Assembly: GCA_018820995.1 (NCBI GenBank)
Contig: JAHJNE010000110.1
Span: 1-41,918, forward strand
DNA length: 41,918 nucleotides
DNA from: Gammaproteobacteria bacterium
GTDB lineage: Bacteria; Pseudomonadota; Gammaproteobacteria; Enterobacterales; Alteromonadaceae
Direction of reading: 5' to 3'
Shown here: positions 38,735 to 41,918 of the stretch, piece by piece
Layout of the letters: every line of letters begins with the position of its first letter
How positions within the stretch are numbered: position 1 is the first letter of the stretch
The notes under the pieces: model-generated
Told to the model about the DNA's origin: nothing
The model's database searches: none
Seen by the model: the letters and a program-made list of their open reading frames with translations, nothing else
Translations under genes and position numbers: made by a program

Positions 38735-39117
38735 AGCTCGCGGACTCAATCCTTTGCCGTTACCGGGGCAACCACTCTTGAATGCAACTGGCGGCAACAA
38801 GTGTATTTGTTTGATTGGTCATCGACAGATGGCGTCAATGACAACGCTGACATGAGATGGAATTTTAAGCAAAATAAGTGCCTTAATGCACATCGACACT
38901 TGTAATTAATCTTTAGACAGCAGTGACGCACCATGGATATCAAGGGAAGTGAACGACGTTTAAATTGAAAATTCACGCTTGTAAAAATTACTGACAAAAG
39001 CTAAACCTAAATACGCTGTCAAGACAAGGCAACAGCGATGCAAGATCGACACAGCAAACTGCCCGCGGAGTCTTTGCATCTTGCATATCGACGATGCCCT
39101 AGGATTTACATTCCCCC

Positions 39118-40416
39118 CTAAAATCGGTCGGCACGAAATGGCACTGCCTTTTGTAAGGCCGCCGCATCGCCATTCATCTGCTGCAGCAATAGTTCAGTAC
39201 TTACAGCTGCTAAGGTTAGACCTAAATGTTGATGACCAAAATGTAGCCATAAACCAGCAAGGTGACTTTGACCAATCACCGGTAATGAGTCGGCGAGCGT
39301 CGGCCTTAGCCCTGACCAACAAGCTTCAGGGCCGACCTGACTGCTCCTTGCAGCCAGTTCTGGCCATAATGCTTCACCATGAAGGCGCAATAATTTGGCA
39401 CGTTGCCAGTTGTCTTTTGCCGTCAATCCGGCAAATTCGACAGTGCCAGCCAGTCGCAAGCCGTGTTGCATTGGCGTCATAATCATTTTTCGATCAAATG
39501 AAGCAATCGGAATTTGGGGCATCGTCACTGGATTCGTCATCAAATGATAACCACGCTCAGCCTCCAAAGGCAGCTTATAACCAAGGGGTTGCAGTAACTG
39601 TTTGCTATAAGCGCCGGTACAAAGCACCACCCTGCTCGCTCTGATCGTTTTTGATGCCAACGTCAACTGCAGCTGAGATTGCCGCTGATGGATATCCAGC
39701 ACTTTTTGCTGAGAAAACTGCCCACCAAGTGCCAGAAACCACTGATACAACCGCTCATTTAAAAGAGATGGGGAGAGCGTATGACCCACCTCTTTAAAGT
39801 AGATGGCATAGCGTATTGAAGGAGACAACCCAGGGTAGTGCTGCAGTAATTCTGTGTGAGTCATGATGTCAAGCGCGATACCCTGATGACGATATAGCGC
39901 AGCTATTTGCTCTACTTCAGACAATCTGCTTTGCTCAAACACCAGCAAACTGCCCTGATACCGCAATAAATCCTGACAATCGGCAGCATTGGCTAAACGC
40001 TGCCACGCGGGTATCGCATCACTTAATAAAGAGGTTAAAGCTGCAGTGTTTAATTTTCGTGGTTGTGATGCCATCTGTCGTAAAAACTGGAAAAAAAATG
40101 GTAAGGCACGCCACAAATACCTGGGGCGAATCGCCAATGGCCCCAACGGGTCCAACAAAAAACCGGGCAATTTGGGCAATAACGCGGCATCAGCTAACGG
40201 AAAAACCTGCTCGGTCGCTAAATGTCCGGCATTCCCAAAGGAACAACCCGCTCCTACCCCATTTGGGTCAAGCAATAACACCTGATGACCTTGTTGTTGC
40301 AAGCGGCAGGCGGTGACTAAACCAATCACGCCGGCACCAATCACGATTGTTGACGCTGTTGTAAAGTTTGGACCCTCACTGCTCTGTCCAGTGTTTTTTT
40401 TTGGCACATTTTTCAT
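39118..40416 (-). CDS. FAD-dependent D-amino acid dehydrogenase family, probable D-hydroxyproline dehydrogenase
   Basis: VIGAGVIG, CSFGNAG, ERGYH, GLRPTLADSLPVIG and FGHQHLGLT motifs; divergent from the deaminase and epimerase genes. Confidence 0.8.
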   Translation of the reverse strand: MKNVPKKNTGQSSEGPNFTTASTIVIGAGVIGLVTACRLQQQGHQVLLLDPNGVGAGCSFGNAGHLATEQVFPLADAALLPKLPGFLLDPLGPLAIRPRYLWRALPFFFQFLRQMASQPRKLNTAALTSLLSDAIPAWQRLANAADCQDLLRYQGSLLVFEQSRLSEVEQIAALYRHQGIALDIMTHTELLQHYPGLSPSIRYAIYFKEVGHTLSPSLLNERLYQWFLALGGQFSQQKVLDIHQRQSQLQLTLASKTIRASRVVLCTGAYSKQLLQPLGYKLPLEAERGYHLMTNPVTMPQIPIASFDRKMIMTPMQHGLRLAGTVEFAGLTAKDNWQRAKLLRLHGEALWPELAARSSQVGPEACWSGLRPTLADSLPVIGQSHLAGLWLHFGHQHLGLTLAAVSTELLLQQMNGDAAALQKAVPFRADRF

Positions 40417-40433
40417 ATTTCACCACATTGGAT

Positions 40434-40445
40434 ATTGTATACAAT
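40434..40445. promoter_or_regulatory. GntR-family (HypR-type) operator palindrome
   Basis: Perfect palindrome ATTGTATACAAT in the divergent promoter of the hydroxyproline genes. Confidence 0.75.
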
Positions 40446-40517
40446 CTTCATTTGACTTAGCATGCCAGTAAGTTGCAACCAACGCAACGCATCGTCGCAA
40501 AATCTAAGGAGTAATAA

Positions 40518-41429
40518 ATGAAGGTGAATTGGCAAGGTGTGTATCCGGCCGTGAGTACCCAGTTTCATCAGGATCAGTCACTGGATTTAGACTCCAGTCA
40601 GCAAATGCTGGACCGGCTGATCAGCGAAGGCGTGCATGGCATTATTGTCTGCGGCACAGTTGGGGAAAATTGTTCGTTGTCGGCTGCTGAAAAACGCCAG
40701 GTGTTGATGGCAGCAAAAGAAGCAGTGAACGGCCGGGTGCCGTTAATTTCCGGTGTTGCTGAAACAACAACCGCCCTCGCGACGAGCTATGCAAAAGATG
40801 CAGAACACATTGGCATCGATGGACTGATGGTGCTCCCGGGAATGGTTTATCGTTCACAGCCGCATGAAGCTATCCATCACTTAATGCAAGTTGCGAAAAA
40901 TACCGCATTGCCGGTCATGGTGTACAACAACCCAATATCCTACAGTGTTGATATTTCACTCGACAGCATGGCAGTACTGGCAGAACAGCCCAATATTGTT
41001 GCGGTCAAAGAGTCCACTGAAGATACCCGCCGTATCAGCGAGCTATATAGTCGTTTTGGCGACCGCTTTACCGTATTCAGCGGCGTGGATGATATCGCGC
41101 TGGAAAGCTTGATGTTGGGCGCGACGGGCTGGATCTCCGGTTTAACCAACGTGTTCCCACAGGAGTCGGTCGCTATTTATAATTTGGCAAAACAAGGCCG
41201 TTATAGCGAAGCGTTGGCAATTTGGCGTTGGTTTTTACCTCTACTACGCCTCGATACGATCCCAACCTTAGTGCAATGCATCAAACTTGCTGAACAACTG
41301 GCCGGCCGCGGTTCTGAAACGGTAAGGGCGCCACGCTTACCGCTCAGTGGATTGGAACGCCAGCGCGTAGAGACACTGTTTGCTGAAGCGATGGCAACAC
41401 GTCCGGATCTTCGCAAATTCAGTCAGTAG
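40518..41429 (+). CDS. lhpC: DHDPS-family protein, probable 1-pyrroline-4-hydroxy-2-carboxylate deaminase
   Basis: WQGVYPA, GTVGE, MVYNNP and Schiff-base VAVKES motifs; AAGGAG RBS; directly upstream of the epimerase. Confidence 0.8.
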   Translation: MKVNWQGVYPAVSTQFHQDQSLDLDSSQQMLDRLISEGVHGIIVCGTVGENCSLSAAEKRQVLMAAKEAVNGRVPLISGVAETTTALATSYAKDAEHIGIDGLMVLPGMVYRSQPHEAIHHLMQVAKNTALPVMVYNNPISYSVDISLDSMAVLAEQPNIVAVKESTEDTRRISELYSRFGDRFTVFSGVDDIALESLMLGATGWISGLTNVFPQESVAIYNLAKQGRYSEALAIWRWFLPLLRLDTIPTLVQCIKLAEQLAGRGSETVRAPRLPLSGLERQRVETLFAEAMATRPDLRKFSQ

Positions 41430-41451
41430 TTGACATTACAGGAGCAGTGGC

Positions 41452-41918
41452 ATGAAACAAGGTACGTTTTTCTGCATCGACGCCCATACCTGCGGTAACC
41501 CCGTACGATTGGTAACGTCAGGTCACCCTGCACTTCGCGGCCATACTATGGGCGAAAAGCGGCTGGATTTTATCGAGCGATTTGATTGGATCCGCCAAGC
41601 GCTGATGTTTGAACCGCGCGGGCACGACATGATGTCGGGCGCTTTTTTGTATCCGCCCTGCTCCGATAATGCTGATTTTTCGATTTTATTTATTGAAACT
41701 TCGGGCTGCTTGCCAATGTGCGGACACGGCACTATTGGCACTGTAACCGCAGCCTTAGAGGCAGGATTAGTCAAACCGAAGATTGAAGGAAAACTGGTGA
41801 TTGATGTGCCCGCCGGACAGTTGCAGGTGGAATATCAGCGTCAGGGAGACAGGGTAACTGCGGTAAAAATATTTAATATCCCGTCGTTTTTATACGCCAA
41901 AGATGTTGAATTTGAAGC
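41452..41918 (+). CDS. lhpA: 4-hydroxyproline 2-epimerase (proline racemase family), 3' end outside the window
   Basis: Not in the ORF track. Hand translation: MKQGTFFCIDAHTCGNPVR...LMFEPRGHDMMSG...FIETSGCLPMCGHGTIG (catalytic Cys); AGGAG RBS. Confidence 0.9.
   Translation, partial: MKQGTFFCIDAHTCGNPVRLVTSGHPALRGHTMGEKRLDFIERFDWIRQALMFEPRGHDMMSGAFLYPPCSDNADFSILFIETSGCLPMCGHGTIGTVTAALEAGLVKPKIEGKLVIDVPAGQLQVEYQRQGDRVTAVKIFNIPSFLYAKDVEFE

Noticed and set aside
38740-38800. CATTC-AA-GAGTGG on the minus strand resembling the c-di-GMP-I riboswitch P2 stem
   Set aside because: No GNRA tetraloop, no upstream GGCAAA and no following GACGCAAAG/P3 in the required order.
38746-38997. 83-aa Cys-rich ORF in the deacetylase upstream spacer
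   Set aside because: No RBS, atypical composition, no recognisable motif.
39081-39482. 133-aa plus-strand ORF, representative of the many antisense or nested ORFs in the track
   Set aside because: Shadow ORFs overlapping well-supported genes, with no recognisable domains.
1-41918. CRISPR arrays, IS elements, prophage or defence genes, rRNA/tRNA
   Set aside because: No regularly spaced repeats, transposase or integrase motifs, or RNA gene signatures were seen. The psp genes encode an envelope stress response, not phage.

Overview
Core-genome region of a gammaproteobacterium. Gene content and order resemble Rheinheimera/Alishewanella/Shewanella (inference, no database search). From left to right: the 3' end of mltD; an exported hypothetical protein; a signalling module (sensor-less histidine kinase, divergent from a translationally coupled REC-PAS-degenerate GGDEF-EAL gene, a pseudo-REC-HDOD gene and an 80-aa membrane protein gene); Phe/Tyr catabolism (phhAB, tyrR, hppD-hmgA-fahA-maiA) with several TyrR boxes; methionine gamma-lyase; ycjXF; pspABC/pspF with a sigma54 promoter and PspF sites; sapABCDF; the tig-clpP-clpX-lon-hupB-ppiD cluster; a GNAT acetyltransferase; a pyroglutamate operon (pxpA-DUF969-DUF979-pcp) lacking pxpBC; a polysaccharide deacetylase; and the start of a hydroxyproline catabolic locus with a GntR/HypR-type palindrome. 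I saw no tRNA, rRNA, CRISPR array or mobile element. The best leads are a three-way-junction RNA in the hupB 3' UTR with glycine-aptamer-like flanks, the sensor-less kinase/c-di-GMP/HDOD/small membrane protein module (including a receiver-like mini-ORF), and the structured clpP-clpX spacer. All RNA folds were done by eye.
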